From Candidatus Falkowbacteria bacterium (GTDB taxonomy: Bacteria > Patescibacteriota > Patescibacteriia > Patescibacteriales > Patescibacteriaceae), in contig JAPLWA010000005.1 in assembly GCA_026396835.1 (NCBI GenBank), positions 7,435 through 71,434 of the forward strand: a stretch of DNA of 64,000 bases. The letters run 5' to 3'. Every line of letters starts with the position of its first letter. Position 1 is the stretch's first letter. Positions 1 through 10,881 of this stretch are shown here, piece by piece. A program made the position numbers and the translations under genes. Below the pieces are notes generated by a model. The model was not told where the DNA came from, made no database searches, and saw nothing but the letters and a program-made list of their open reading frames with translations.

Positions 1-979
<979 letters not shown>

Positions 980-997
980 TTACAGCCTTTAGCTTGC

Positions 998-1210
998 CTA
1001 GTCAAGTATCTTGCGAATCGCATGGACCTTGTAGGCCACGTAAAATAAGCTGTAAGAAATTAGAAGAATAACCAAGCCAACAAGTAGTTTTAATAAAGCA
1101 TCGGTCCAAACAATTAGCACAGCTAAAATCAACATGATAATACCTGTGACAATGAAGAAACGCTGAATATCGCTTAACTTGCGACGAGACACCTCAAGTA
1201 AATTGGCCAT
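998..1210 (-). CDS. small two-helix membrane protein, unknown function
   Basis: 70-aa ORF with two hydrophobic helices. It lies on the same strand as its neighbours. Confidence 0.45.
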   Translation of the reverse strand: MANLLEVSRRKLSDIQRFFIVTGIIMLILAVLIVWTDALLKLLVGLVILLISYSLFYVAYKVHAIRKILD

Positions 1211-1303
1211 ATAATATAAATTAAATTCAATTAATGTACTTATACTATAGCAAAATTAATCTCCTTTAACAAACCATAAAAGGTAACTGCCTATAATTTT
1301 AGA

Positions 1304-1525
1304 TTAACTCACCCCTGACCCCTCTCTACCCGCCAGTCGGCGGGCAAAGAGGGGAAATTATAAATAATAGTTTTATTATCTAATAACATTTTGCACTCTT
1401 ATCCACCTGGTGATTGCTCATAATTTATTTTGACACTATTACTAAAAATTTTTTAATATAAAAACTTAATATTAAGATTTCCCCTCTTTACGCGTCAGCG
1501 TAGAGAGGGGCCAGGGGTGAGTTAA
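1304..1525. repeat. GC-rich element with ~50-bp nested-hairpin terminal inverted repeats around an AT-rich core (copy 1 of 2)
   Basis: Left end: TTAACTCACCCCTGACCCCTCTCTACCCGCCAGTCGGCGGGCAAAGAGGGGAAAT. Right end: ATTTCCCCTCTTTACGCGTCAGCGTAGAGAGGGGCCAGGGGTGAGTTAA. The ends are reverse complements of each other and each folds on itself. A near-identical pair of ends occurs at 16905..17062. Confidence 0.85.
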
Positions 1526-1530
1526 TTTAC

Positions 1531-1566
1531 AAAAAATCACCCACCAAGTTGGCGGGTGATTTTTAT
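1531..1566 (-). terminator. intrinsic terminator downstream of rpsA
   Basis: The stem ATCACCCACC/GGCGGGTGAT is flanked by an A-run and a T-run. On the minus strand a T-tract follows the stem. Confidence 0.7.
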
Positions 1567-1577
1567 CAGCATCTAAA

Positions 1578-2822
1578 TTACTCTGTAACTGTTTCTTCTT
1601 TATTATCTTCTTTTACTTCTTCCACAACCTCCTTGCCTTCTGTAGCTTCAGCGGAGGATGATTCTTTCTCATCTTTGTCTTCGCTGGTCTTATCCTTAGA
1701 CTTAGATTTCTTACCAGCTTTTTTATCTTTAGCTTTTCCAGGAATAGCTAAACCAAGACGATGCTCATTGCTATCAAGTGAGATAATAGAAAAGTCCATT
1801 ACTTGACCAGACTTATAGATATCATCAATCTTTTCACCAGTCGTAACGCCTAGTTGGCTAACGTGAGCTAGACCATGAATATCTTTGTCTAATTCAACAA
1901 ATAAACCAAATGGATTTACTTTTAGAATTGTACCTTGGACAGTTTGACCAACAGCATATTTCTTTTCAACACCTTCCCAAGGATCAGCCATGAGTTTTTT
2001 GGCTGACAAGAAAATCTTAGCGCCTTCGATGGCAATAATTTGTGCATTAACCATGTCACCTACTTTATAAACTTCAGATGGATCTTCAATTCTCTGCCAA
2101 GCTAATTCACTAATGTGAATCAAGCCTTCGAGATTGCCGCCGAAGTTAACGAAGACACCAAAGCTAGTAACAGCAATAATGCGGCCTTCAACAGAATCAC
2201 CAACCTTAAACTGAGAAATAACATCTTTCTGTTTTTCTTGCCAAGCATCTTTTTCACTAACAACCAACTTACCTTCTTTTTTGTCAAAAGTAATAATCTT
2301 AACTTCACACTCTGTACCAACTAAAGATTTTAATTTTTCTAAAATCTTTGTTTTATCTCCGCCGGAAACACGAGGATAATTTTCTGGTGATAATTGTGAG
2401 ACTGGCAAGAAAGCAGGAATTTGAGCGTAGCTAACTAACAAACCACCACGGTTGGCCGCATTGATGCGTACCATGATAGGCTTTTTCTTTTCAAATGATT
2501 CTTCCAATAACTGCCAAGTCTTTTCTTCGCCAGCATGACGGAAGGAAAGTTCTAATTCTCCATTTTCATTTTCAACGTCAATAATAGTAGCATCGATTTT
2601 GTCGCCGGGTTTAAGCTTGGCGTATTCACCAGCTTCAAAATATAATTCACGACCGCGGACAACACCAATTAAACGACCACCAATATCAAGACGAACCTCA
2701 GCTTTTGAAGAAGCTAAAATTGTGCCAGTGACAGTATCACCAACCTGAGGAATCTTAAATTCATCATCTTTAATTAAATTTGCAAAATCACTCATGGAAT
2801 TTGCGTTTGTTTTATCTGACAT
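1578..2822 (-). CDS. rpsA: 30S ribosomal protein S1 with K/E/S-rich C-terminal tail
   Basis: 414 aa with four repeated S1 (OB) domain patterns, e.g. GDxVxGxV...G(L/V)FVxxxxxxGLxHxSE. Confidence 0.9.
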   Translation of the reverse strand: MSDKTNANSMSDFANLIKDDEFKIPQVGDTVTGTILASSKAEVRLDIGGRLIGVVRGRELYFEAGEYAKLKPGDKIDATIIDVENENGELELSFRHAGEEKTWQLLEESFEKKKPIMVRINAANRGGLLVSYAQIPAFLPVSQLSPENYPRVSGGDKTKILEKLKSLVGTECEVKIITFDKKEGKLVVSEKDAWQEKQKDVISQFKVGDSVEGRIIAVTSFGVFVNFGGNLEGLIHISELAWQRIEDPSEVYKVGDMVNAQIIAIEGAKIFLSAKKLMADPWEGVEKKYAVGQTVQGTILKVNPFGLFVELDKDIHGLAHVSQLGVTTGEKIDDIYKSGQVMDFSIISLDSNEHRLGLAIPGKAKDKKAGKKSKSKDKTSEDKDEKESSSAEATEGKEVVEEVKEDNKEETVTE

Positions 2823-3012
2823 AGATATAAAAAAAGACTGCTTTAACCAACTTGATCTCTAATTGAGAGCTGGTCTTCTAGTCGCCTTAGCTAGAAGTTT
2901 AATTACAGGCGATATTCAGTTACTTTTTAGTACGCTATTTATATCATAAAGCTTAATAAAAATCAAGAGTAGCTGAAAATAAGCGGTACATCTAATGATT
3001 CTAGAAAAAAGT

Positions 3013-3045
3013 AAAAAGAGCTGTTGAAAATTAATTCAACAGCTC
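3013..3045 (-). terminator. intrinsic terminator downstream of the 3060..3455 gene
   Basis: Stem GAGCTGTTGAA / TTCAACAGCTC with loop AATTAA. A T-tract follows on the minus strand. Confidence 0.75.
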
Positions 3046-3059
3046 CTAAAATTTTATAA

Positions 3060-3455
3060 CTATTCAAAGCCCATAGATTTTTTCCATTCTATAAACTCTT
3101 TTTGTTTCATTTCCCACTCTACCGCACTTACAAAAACTGGTACATGATTAGGAACAATTTTCCCAGAACTCATATAAGCTACGTCGCCGACTCTTTTAGT
3201 TGTATAATCAATTTTACAAAAATTATAGAAAAGAGCATCTTCACTATAAACCATCGAAAACATAAGAAGTCCGCTACTATTTGGGCAGTATGCTACATCC
3301 GGCAAAAATTCAGTAGATATAATTCTCAGAAAAACTTCACCCTCTTTAACTCCAGGGTAATTTTTACTTCCTTCATTATAGTCGATTGATTTTTGCTCCA
3401 AAGAACAACCGGATAGTAGAACAAGCAACACAAAAATAAATGCTAAATTTTTCAA
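3060..3455 (-). CDS. lipoprotein, unknown function
   Basis: N-terminus MKNLAFIFVLLVLLSGCS has a signal peptide plus lipobox Cys. The start codon is TTG. Confidence 0.55.
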   Translation of the reverse strand: MKNLAFIFVLLVLLSGCSLEQKSIDYNEGSKNYPGVKEGEVFLRIISTEFLPDVAYCPNSSGLLMFSMVYSEDALFYNFCKIDYTTKRVGDVAYMSSGKIVPNHVPVFVSAVEWEMKQKEFIEWKKSMGFE

Positions 3456-3492
3456 TTTAATTACCTTTCTTTAAAATTAATATTTTAGTTTT

Positions 3493-3948
3493 TTAATAGT
3501 GTATTATTTTCTTGCAGATAAGTCTTTCCCCCGCAACCAAACATTCTTTGAAATTTTTTTCCCATTCAGTTGGAGTTGAAAAGACTACTAAGTCATGATC
3601 TTCTAAAGGAACCGTCCTTGAATTGCAGCTATCAAGAGCATAAAGTCGTTTTTTACAATCAACAGTTTTACCGGGTAATGTAGTAGTACCATTTACCTCT
3701 GTAAATGGCTCATCTGTTACTAACCATCCACCCCAGGAATACCAAAAACTACTTGATGTTAATTTTGCAGCTAAGCTACTGTCAGCTTCGTTCTGAATTT
3801 TATGTTCTTGAACCATCGGAGTAAATTTAATTATTGTCAGAGATTGTTCTTCGATAATATTAGATTGATTCCATATGGTATACAAGGAACACGGCAACCC
3901 CACTACCATGAAAATATTCACTAAAATACCTAGGTTTTTAAAGTTCAT
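3493..3948 (-). CDS. membrane-anchored hypothetical protein
   Basis: 151-aa ORF with one N-terminal hydrophobic helix. No motif recognised. Confidence 0.45.
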   Translation of the reverse strand: MNFKNLGILVNIFMVVGLPCSLYTIWNQSNIIEEQSLTIIKFTPMVQEHKIQNEADSSLAAKLTSSSFWYSWGGWLVTDEPFTEVNGTTTLPGKTVDCKKRLYALDSCNSRTVPLEDHDLVVFSTPTEWEKNFKECLVAGERLICKKIIHY

Positions 3949-4104
3949 TTTTCCCCTTCAAGTTAAGTTTATTATTAAGTAATTTATTAAAACCCTGAAA
4001 CTCAGGAATTCAATAAATTACTTAATACTTTTTAATGAACTTTCTATATTATATCATATATATGATAAATTGTCAATATATACCCCCCAGAAATGGCTAA
4101 TATA

Positions 4105-4138
4105 ACAAAAAACCCCGCACCATATAGGGCGCGGGGTT
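4105..4138 (-). terminator. intrinsic terminator downstream of the 4152..5216 gene
   Basis: Stem AACCCCGC...GCGGGGTT. A T-run follows on the minus strand (A-run 4105..4110 on plus). Confidence 0.75.
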
Positions 4139-4151
4139 TAAAATCTAAACC

Positions 4152-5216
4152 TTAATTGGCTGGCGCGCAATTAGCAGCTGAGCCACTGGTATCAGTTCCT
4201 TCGCCAAAACCGGCTGAAGGAGAGGCGCTAGCTAACTTAGTATCACACTCAGCTGGCTTCTTATTAAAGCCCGCGCAGACGGCTGCTAATAAATTAGCGC
4301 TATCTCGACCAACCTCAACTTGTTTACCGTTAATAACTAGAGTTGGAGAACCTTGAACGCCGTAAGCCTTGTTCTCAGCTTCGTTAATCGAAAACGGAGG
4401 GAAGCTTCCGTTCCAAGTTGATTTATCATTAAAGCTCTTCAATAGATTATATTTAGAGTCAGTTGCCTTAAAACATGAGTCTAGTTTACCTTGATCTATG
4501 CCAGTACTTGAAATGCAACCCTTATAATCACCGGCCTTAAGAAAACATGACAAGTATTTTGTATATTTATCATTCTGTTCCTTACTGATACAGTACTGAC
4601 GAATATTATCTTCAACTTCAACTTGGCCATGCATAGCATAGTTAACAAATTTAATTTGAATATCAGCCTTGTTACCAAGAGTTTCCATAACAGGAACAAT
4701 ACCCTTTTCAATCTGAGTACCATATGGGCAATGACTCATAACAAAGACTTCAACTTTTGGCTTATCTGATTTAACAATATCGGCAGGAGTTACTGGAGTC
4801 TGTGTGTTAGTGGCGGCCGTATCGGTCTTAGTGCCGGTTGATGCAGCAATATCATCGATCTTCATTGACTGTGGGAAAAATTCTTTACCATCCTTTGAGA
4901 TGTAAGAATCAATTTCGTTTGTACCAACTTTAACTTTTAGTTTATACAAACTACCACTATAGTCTGTTACTTCAGTAACAGAAGCAGTTGTACCTTGAAC
5001 AAGATTCTTATTAATAAATTCTTCAGCCTTGGCTTTAGCCTGGTCTGGCGAAAGATTTTTATTAAACTTGAAGATGCCGCCGCCAAAATTAATACCTGCG
5101 ACAACAACTAAAATAACAACCACGGCGCCTAAGGCAATAATTAGGTTTGACTTACCATCAAACTTTTTCTTAAGACTGCCTCCAGCATGGTGGACGACTG
5201 GTGTCTCGTGTTCCAT
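4152..5216 (-). CDS. membrane-anchored thioredoxin-fold (DsbA-like) protein
   Basis: N-terminal TM helix. VFVMSHCPYGTQ sits at the usual CxxC position (only one Cys here). GSPTLVINGK is a typical thioredoxin-fold cis-Pro loop. Several additional Cys are present. Confidence 0.55.
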   Translation of the reverse strand: MEHETPVVHHAGGSLKKKFDGKSNLIIALGAVVVILVVVAGINFGGGIFKFNKNLSPDQAKAKAEEFINKNLVQGTTASVTEVTDYSGSLYKLKVKVGTNEIDSYISKDGKEFFPQSMKIDDIAASTGTKTDTAATNTQTPVTPADIVKSDKPKVEVFVMSHCPYGTQIEKGIVPVMETLGNKADIQIKFVNYAMHGQVEVEDNIRQYCISKEQNDKYTKYLSCFLKAGDYKGCISSTGIDQGKLDSCFKATDSKYNLLKSFNDKSTWNGSFPPFSINEAENKAYGVQGSPTLVINGKQVEVGRDSANLLAAVCAGFNKKPAECDTKLASASPSAGFGEGTDTSGSAANCAPAN

Positions 5217-5246
5217 ATAAAATAATTAATAATAATTAAAACAATT

Positions 5247-5351
5247 ATAAATTTTAAATTCTAAATTTCAAAACAATTTTTAATGCTTAAATTTAAAAAA
5301 TTGAAAATTAAAGCATTATTTAAAAATTTGAAATTGAAAATTTGAAATTAT
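5247..5351. repeat. long AT-rich imperfect palindrome (related in architecture to 10762..10875 and 18177..18286)
   Basis: Arms ...AAATTCTAAATTTCAAAACAATTTTTAATGCTT and AAAGCATTATTTAAAAATTTGAAATTGAAAATTTGAAATT flank a short centre. It lies between the 4152..5216 gene start and the gyrA stop. Confidence 0.6.
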
Positions 5352-5396
5352 TATAGTTTCCCTATTATACGCTAGTTGTATTTTAGGGTCAATTTA

Positions 5397-7922
5397 CTAA
5401 CTCCAGGTTACACAAGCTACGGCGTCCCCCTCCTCTTTAAAGCGCATCAAACGGATACCTTGCGTGTCACGTCCAAGCTCATTAACCGTCTTAAATGGTA
5501 GTCTAATAACCTGTCCTTTATTGGAAATAATAATAATATCTTTGTCAGTCATCATTTCACTACTAATCACGAAGGCGTTAGTTAGCTGTCCGGTTTTATC
5601 GGTTATCTTGGCTGTTTTAATACCAGAACCACCACGAGCCTGAACCTTATAAAGTCCAATTGGAGTTCGCTTTCCAAAGCCGTTAGCCATGACTGAAAGC
5701 ACCTGATATTTTTTAACTTTTTCTTTGTCGCTAGGAATAATTCCCATACCAACTACAGTATCACCCTTCTTTAAACGCATACCCCAAACACCAGAAGCAT
5801 TACGTCCCATTGGTCTAACATCGCTTTCCTTAAAACGAATCGCTTGACCATGTGCTGTAATTAACTGAACTTCATCTTTGCCTGAAGTTGGTTTAGCCCA
5901 AATTAATTTATCATCAGGACGCATTTTAATAGCAATCAAACCAGTGCGTCTAACTTTTGAAAACTCATCTAAAGGAACTTTTTTAACTACACCTTTTTCA
6001 GTGGCGAAGAATAAGAAAGCGCTCTTAGAAATTTTATCTAATGGCAAAACTGAAGTAACTTTTTCATCACTTGGTAATTGCAAGAAGTTAACAATGGCTT
6101 GTCCTTTAGTCGTACGAGATGAAGCAGGAATTTCATAAGCTTTGAGTTGGAAGACACGACCACGAGTCGTAAAGAAAAGAATATCATTATGAGTCATGGT
6201 AGTGAACAAAAATTCAACCATGTCTTCTTCTTTGGTAGTTAAGCCGATAACGCCTTTGCCGCCGCGAGCTTGAACTTTGAAAGTATCAGGTGGCAAGCGC
6301 TTAATATAACCATCGCGGGTCATTAAGACCATTGATTCTTCATTTGGTACTAAATCTTCAGTACTGAATTCGCCGATACCATGCTCCATAACAGTAGTCT
6401 TTCGATCGTCGCCGAATTTTTCAGTTGATTCGGCCAATTCTTTTTTAACAATACTTAAAATCTTAACGCGTGATTTCAAAATGGTTTCTAATTCTTTAAT
6501 CAAGGCTTGTTTTTCTTTTAATTCTTTTTCAATATTTAATCTTTCTAAGTTAGCCAAAGAACCAAGCTTCATTTCTACAATGGCAAAGGCTTGACGATCT
6601 GATAACTTAAACTTTTTCATTAAGTTAAGCTTGGCGGTTTCGCGATCTGGAGAAGCTTTAATAACTTTAATAACCTCATCAATATGAGTCAAAGCAATCA
6701 TTAAACCTTCTAAGATATGAGCGCGATCGCGAGCTTTTTCTAATTCAAATTCTGTGCGGCGTCGGATAATCTCTTCACGATGTTTAATGTATTCCTCTAA
6801 AACCGCCTTAAGGTTAAGTACCTTAGGCTGAATACCATCGACCAAAGCTAGCAAGTTAAGGTGGAAGGTTTCTTGTAATTGAGTTTGCTTATACAAACTA
6901 TTCAAAATCTTTTTAGGGAAGGCGTCTTTCTTTAATTCAATCACAACGCGGACACCGTCTTTGTCAGATTCATCACGCAAATCTCTAATGCCTTCTAATT
7001 TTTTCTCTTTAACTAAATCAGCGATCTTTTCTACTAAAGTTGCTTTGTTAACTTGATATGGCACCTCAGAAATAATAATGGAAAAACTACCGGTTTTAGT
7101 TTCTTCAACTTCGGCTCGGCCGCGCATAACAATGCCGCCCTTGCCAGTTGCATAAGCTCGAATTATTTCAGCGCGATTATAAATAATACCACCGGTTGGG
7201 AAATCTGGTCCTTTAACAAAATTCATTAAATCTTCAACTGTCGCTTCTGGATTTTCAATCAAATGAGAAATAGCGGCGGAAACTTCACGTAAGTTATGTG
7301 GTGGAATATTTGTGGCCATACCAACCGCAATACCCATGCTTCCGTTCAAAAGCAAGTTTGGTAAGCGGGCTGGTAAAACTCTTGGTTCTTGGTGTGAGCC
7401 GTCAAAGTTAGGCAAAAAATCAACTGTCTTTTTATCGATGTCAGAAAGTAGTTCTTCAGAAATTGAAGCTAATTTAGCTTCGGTATAACGCATAGCCGCG
7501 GCGTTGTCACCGTCCATGGAACCAAAGTTTCCTTGGCCCCTTACCAGGGGATAGCGCATAGCAAAATCCTGTGCCATACGAACCATGGAATCATAAACAG
7601 CCGTATCACCGTGAGGGTGATATTTACCAAGCACTTCTCCGACCACTGTAGCCGATTTACGGAACTTAGCATTTGGTCTTAGCCCAATGTTCCACATAGC
7701 ATATAAAATACGGCGGTGGACCGGTTTTAAGCCGTCACGCACATCTGGCAAAGCACGAGCCACAATAACGCTCATGGCATAATCCAAATAAGAGCGACGC
7801 ATTTCGTCGACGATTGGCTGATCTTCAATATGACCAACATTGTTGACCATTGATTCATCAATAATATTTTCTTCTGGCTTGTCTTTTTTAGACGGAAGTT
7901 TTGTTTGCTTGCCTTTGGGCAT
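5397..7922 (-). CDS. gyrA: DNA gyrase subunit A
   Basis: 841 aa. Contains [19 protein letters not shown], the active-site region [10 protein letters not shown], and C-terminal beta-pinwheel repeats. Confidence 0.95.
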   Translation of the reverse strand: MPKGKQTKLPSKKDKPEENIIDESMVNNVGHIEDQPIVDEMRRSYLDYAMSVIVARALPDVRDGLKPVHRRILYAMWNIGLRPNAKFRKSATVVGEVLGKYHPHGDTAVYDSMVRMAQDFAMRYPLVRGQGNFGSMDGDNAAAMRYTEAKLASISEELLSDIDKKTVDFLPNFDGSHQEPRVLPARLPNLLLNGSMGIAVGMATNIPPHNLREVSAAISHLIENPEATVEDLMNFVKGPDFPTGGIIYNRAEIIRAYATGKGGIVMRGRAEVEETKTGSFSIIISEVPYQVNKATLVEKIADLVKEKKLEGIRDLRDESDKDGVRVVIELKKDAFPKKILNSLYKQTQLQETFHLNLLALVDGIQPKVLNLKAVLEEYIKHREEIIRRRTEFELEKARDRAHILEGLMIALTHIDEVIKVIKASPDRETAKLNLMKKFKLSDRQAFAIVEMKLGSLANLERLNIEKELKEKQALIKELETILKSRVKILSIVKKELAESTEKFGDDRKTTVMEHGIGEFSTEDLVPNEESMVLMTRDGYIKRLPPDTFKVQARGGKGVIGLTTKEEDMVEFLFTTMTHNDILFFTTRGRVFQLKAYEIPASSRTTKGQAIVNFLQLPSDEKVTSVLPLDKISKSAFLFFATEKGVVKKVPLDEFSKVRRTGLIAIKMRPDDKLIWAKPTSGKDEVQLITAHGQAIRFKESDVRPMGRNASGVWGMRLKKGDTVVGMGIIPSDKEKVKKYQVLSVMANGFGKRTPIGLYKVQARGGSGIKTAKITDKTGQLTNAFVISSEMMTDKDIIIISNKGQVIRLPFKTVNELGRDTQGIRLMRFKEEGDAVACVTWS

Positions 7923-7933
7923 AAAAATTAAAA

Positions 7934-8470
7934 TTAATTGGGCAAAGTGTTTGGTAAAATTGGGCTAGCCGTACCGGAGACCGTGGCAGGGTTAGCAGTT
8001 GAAGTTGGCACAGCTTCTTTTTGCTTAGCTATCTCCTCTAGGCTATTAATCTGACCTTTAACTTCAGATATTGAATTACTTAAATCATTCTTGAGATTTT
8101 CAAAATCGGCTGTCGTCTCTTTCTTTGTGCCATTAACGCTAGTGATAGAAAATGCGTCTGGCCCTAAGCTACTCTTCAAATTTATAATCCAGAAAACAAC
8201 AATTACAACCATAATCAAACTAACACCGATATACATAATTAAACGCTGACTTCGATCATCAATTTTTTTGGTTTTTTTATCAAGTTCTTCTAACTGAAAA
8301 GGAGAATGACCATGAGCAATAGAGCGACCATGCATCTCACCTGACAATAAAACCGCGCTCTCTTTAGTGACAACATGATCCTTCGATCGTGAAGTTTTTT
8401 TAGAGCGTGGCTTAACCGTTTTTTTAGAAACTTTTTTTACTTTTATTTTTTCAATTTTTTTTCGTGGCAT
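7934..8470 (-). CDS. single-pass membrane protein with basic N-terminus, unknown function
   Basis: 178-aa ORF with a K/R-rich N-terminus, one TM helix and a coiled-coil-like tail. Confidence 0.45.
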   Translation of the reverse strand: MPRKKIEKIKVKKVSKKTVKPRSKKTSRSKDHVVTKESAVLLSGEMHGRSIAHGHSPFQLEELDKKTKKIDDRSQRLIMYIGVSLIMVVIVVFWIINLKSSLGPDAFSITSVNGTKKETTADFENLKNDLSNSISEVKGQINSLEEIAKQKEAVPTSTANPATVSGTASPILPNTLPN

Positions 8471-8473
8471 ATT

Positions 8474-9121
8474 TTAGAAAGAAAGCACCACTAATTCCAT
8501 ATTATCTTGTGGCAAATCTTTCTTAGAAATTTTTAATTTCTCTTCTTGGCGAGGTTTAATCGCGATTGCCTTCAAAAACTTTTCAACTGCGTCTAAGTCA
8601 AACTTTAAACCAGGCACTTTATAATGCATTGGAATAATAATGCGTGGTTCAATTTGATTAATCACTGAAACAGCTTTCTGAGCATCTAAGGTAAAGTTGC
8701 CGCCAACTGGAATTAACAAAATATCTGTACCCTCTAATCTTTCTAATTGCTTATCATCAAGCTCGGCGCCTAAATCACCCAAATGAGTAACAACAATATC
8801 TTCAATTTCAAAACGGAAAATAATATTTTCGCCGCGCTTAGCTCCTTTTTCATTATCATGATAGGAACTTATGCCATCAATATAAACTCCTTTAGATTCA
8901 TATTCACCAGGACCGCGTAGAACAAATGGTTCACCTTTAATGGCTTCTAAATTATTATGATCATCATGATCATGACTAATCGTCACGATGTCAGCTTCAA
9001 CACGAGGCATTTTTAAACCAGTAAATTCACTTTTGTATGGGTCAGTTACCACAGAAACAATGTCTGAGGCTGTCTTGCCTTGGAGGCGAAAAGCTGAATG
9101 ACCAAGCCAGGTTATTTGCAT
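8474..9121 (-). CDS. metallo-beta-lactamase-fold hydrolase (UPF0173-like)
   Basis: Starts MQITWLGHSAFRL and contains the HDHDDH metal-binding motif. Confidence 0.8.
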   Translation of the reverse strand: MQITWLGHSAFRLQGKTASDIVSVVTDPYKSEFTGLKMPRVEADIVTISHDHDDHNNLEAIKGEPFVLRGPGEYESKGVYIDGISSYHDNEKGAKRGENIIFRFEIEDIVVTHLGDLGAELDDKQLERLEGTDILLIPVGGNFTLDAQKAVSVINQIEPRIIIPMHYKVPGLKFDLDAVEKFLKAIAIKPRQEEKLKISKKDLPQDNMELVVLSF

Positions 9122-9273
9122 TGAATTAGGTCTTAAAGTTAATGAATATACCTCTTAAATATACGTTAGAATGGCTTATGTGTCAAACAAAAACTACTTG
9201 ATTTTTTCTCTAATTTCTGCTTTATTTATAAATGTGGATTAATACGCTATAATGACTTAGCTTATACTTTTCT

Positions 9274-10761
9274 ATGTACGATAACGAACGAATGCTACAA
9301 GATTTAGAGAACCTACATTCAGGATCAGCGCCTGCGCCACGCCGCAGACGTTTTCTTAAATTTGTCATCGGCATAATTTCTTTTCTAGTTCTGCTATATG
9401 GTTTCTTTTATGTTAAAAGTTATTTTGCTCCGAGCGGAAAAACTACCTGGGTAGATAAGCTACCAATCATCGGCCAGATCAAGCACTTAGCTGAAAGCTC
9501 AGAAAGAGCGCTTAAGGGAGAAAACGTCGATAGAATAAATATTCTCTTGCTCGGCATCGGAGGCAAAGGGCATGACGGAGCTCAGCTAACCGACACCATT
9601 ATGGTTGGCAGTATTAAGCCATCAACTAAACAGGTTTCTTTATTATCAATACCACGTGACTTGGCCGTACCAATCGAAGGTTCTGGCTGGAGGAAAGTAA
9701 ATAGCGTTAATGCTTTAGCTGAAGGCAGTGAACCTGGCAGCGGTGGCCTAGCTTCGTCTCAAGCAATTGGTGATTTACTACAAGCGCCAATTGATTATTA
9801 TGTTCGCGTTGACTTTGAAGGATTTGAAAAAATAATTGATCAAGTTGGCGGCGTTGATGTTTACGTGGATAATACTCTAGATGATTATGCTTATCCAATT
9901 TTAGGCCAAGAAGACAATCCAGATTATTATAGTAGATATGAACACTTACATATTGATACAGGCTGGCAAAAAATGGACGGAAAGATGGCTTTGAAATATG
10001 CTCGCTCACGTCATGGTGTTGGCGGCGAAGGAACTGACTTTGCTCGTGCCAAAAGACAACAGAAAATATTAGAAGCTGTAAAAGACAAAGTTATATCAGC
10101 TAATTTCTTACTGAATCCATCAAAAGTTTCAAGCATGATTGATACTTTGAAAGACAATATTTCAACCAACTTAAAAGTTTGGGAAATTATTAAACTTTGG
10201 TCATTTGTTAAAGATGTTAAATCAGACAGTATAATTAATAAGGTACTTGATAATAGCCCAAGTGGTTTATTAATTGATGCTCGCGGCGACAATGGCGCCT
10301 ACATATTAAATCCTCGCAGCGGCGACTTTTCAGAAATTCAATATTTATTTAATAGCATCTTTGGCGAAGTCAGCACTAGCAACGAACAAGCTGCAGCAGC
10401 CAGCAAGCTCAAAACCGAGATCACCATCTCAATTCTTAATGGTACTTGGGTAAATGGCCTTGGTAGCCGCAAAGCAGTTGAGCTTGAAAGGCTCGGCGCC
10501 AATGTATTAGAAATCAGCAATTCCAGCCGACACAACTTTGAACGTTCTGTAATCTATGATTTAACCTTTGGCGCTAAACGAGAAGAATTAGAGCTCTTAA
10601 AAGAGAAAACCGGGGCAAATATTGCTCCAACCCTGCCGGACTGGCTAAAAGAAGAATTAGCTGCTAAGGTTGGTCAATCTCCTCGCCCTCAACCAGACTT
10701 TATCTTAGTCTTAGGAACCGACGCTGATACCAGCTCATCAGGCACAGAGAACACTAACTAG
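9274..10761 (+). CDS. LytR-CpsA-Psr (LCP) family protein with C-terminal LytR_C-like domain
   Basis: N-terminal TM helix, INILLLGIGG...LSIPRDLAVPI...KVNSVNA, YARSRHG..DFARAKRQQ. Confidence 0.8.
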   Translation: MYDNERMLQDLENLHSGSAPAPRRRRFLKFVIGIISFLVLLYGFFYVKSYFAPSGKTTWVDKLPIIGQIKHLAESSERALKGENVDRINILLLGIGGKGHDGAQLTDTIMVGSIKPSTKQVSLLSIPRDLAVPIEGSGWRKVNSVNALAEGSEPGSGGLASSQAIGDLLQAPIDYYVRVDFEGFEKIIDQVGGVDVYVDNTLDDYAYPILGQEDNPDYYSRYEHLHIDTGWQKMDGKMALKYARSRHGVGGEGTDFARAKRQQKILEAVKDKVISANFLLNPSKVSSMIDTLKDNISTNLKVWEIIKLWSFVKDVKSDSIINKVLDNSPSGLLIDARGDNGAYILNPRSGDFSEIQYLFNSIFGEVSTSNEQAAAASKLKTEITISILNGTWVNGLGSRKAVELERLGANVLEISNSSRHNFERSVIYDLTFGAKREELELLKEKTGANIAPTLPDWLKEELAAKVGQSPRPQPDFILVLGTDADTSSSGTENTN

Positions 10762-10875
10762 AAAATTTTATAATTTTTAATTTTGTAATTTTATAATTAA
10801 TGCTAAAATTTTATATTTTTTGAATTAGAGCATTAAAAATTAATTAAAAATTAAAAATTACAAAATTATAAAATT
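10762..10875. repeat. long AT-rich palindromic element (near-identical to 18177..18286)
   Basis: Left arm AAAATTTTATAATTTTTAATTTTGTAATTTTATAATTAATGC. Right arm GCATTAAAAATTAATTAAAAATTAAAAATTACAAAATTATAAAATT. Confidence 0.85.
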
Positions 10876-10881
10876 AAACAT

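Noticed and set aside
1578-1740. K/E/S-rich C-terminal tails on S1 (1578..1740), S15 (21248..21360) and the RG-rich tail of PNPase (18294..18370), as possible fused domains.
   Set aside because: These are low-complexity, charge-biased extensions with no repeat structure or motifs. Such tails are a common compositional feature of small-genome AT-rich lineages, so they are noted in the feature calls only.
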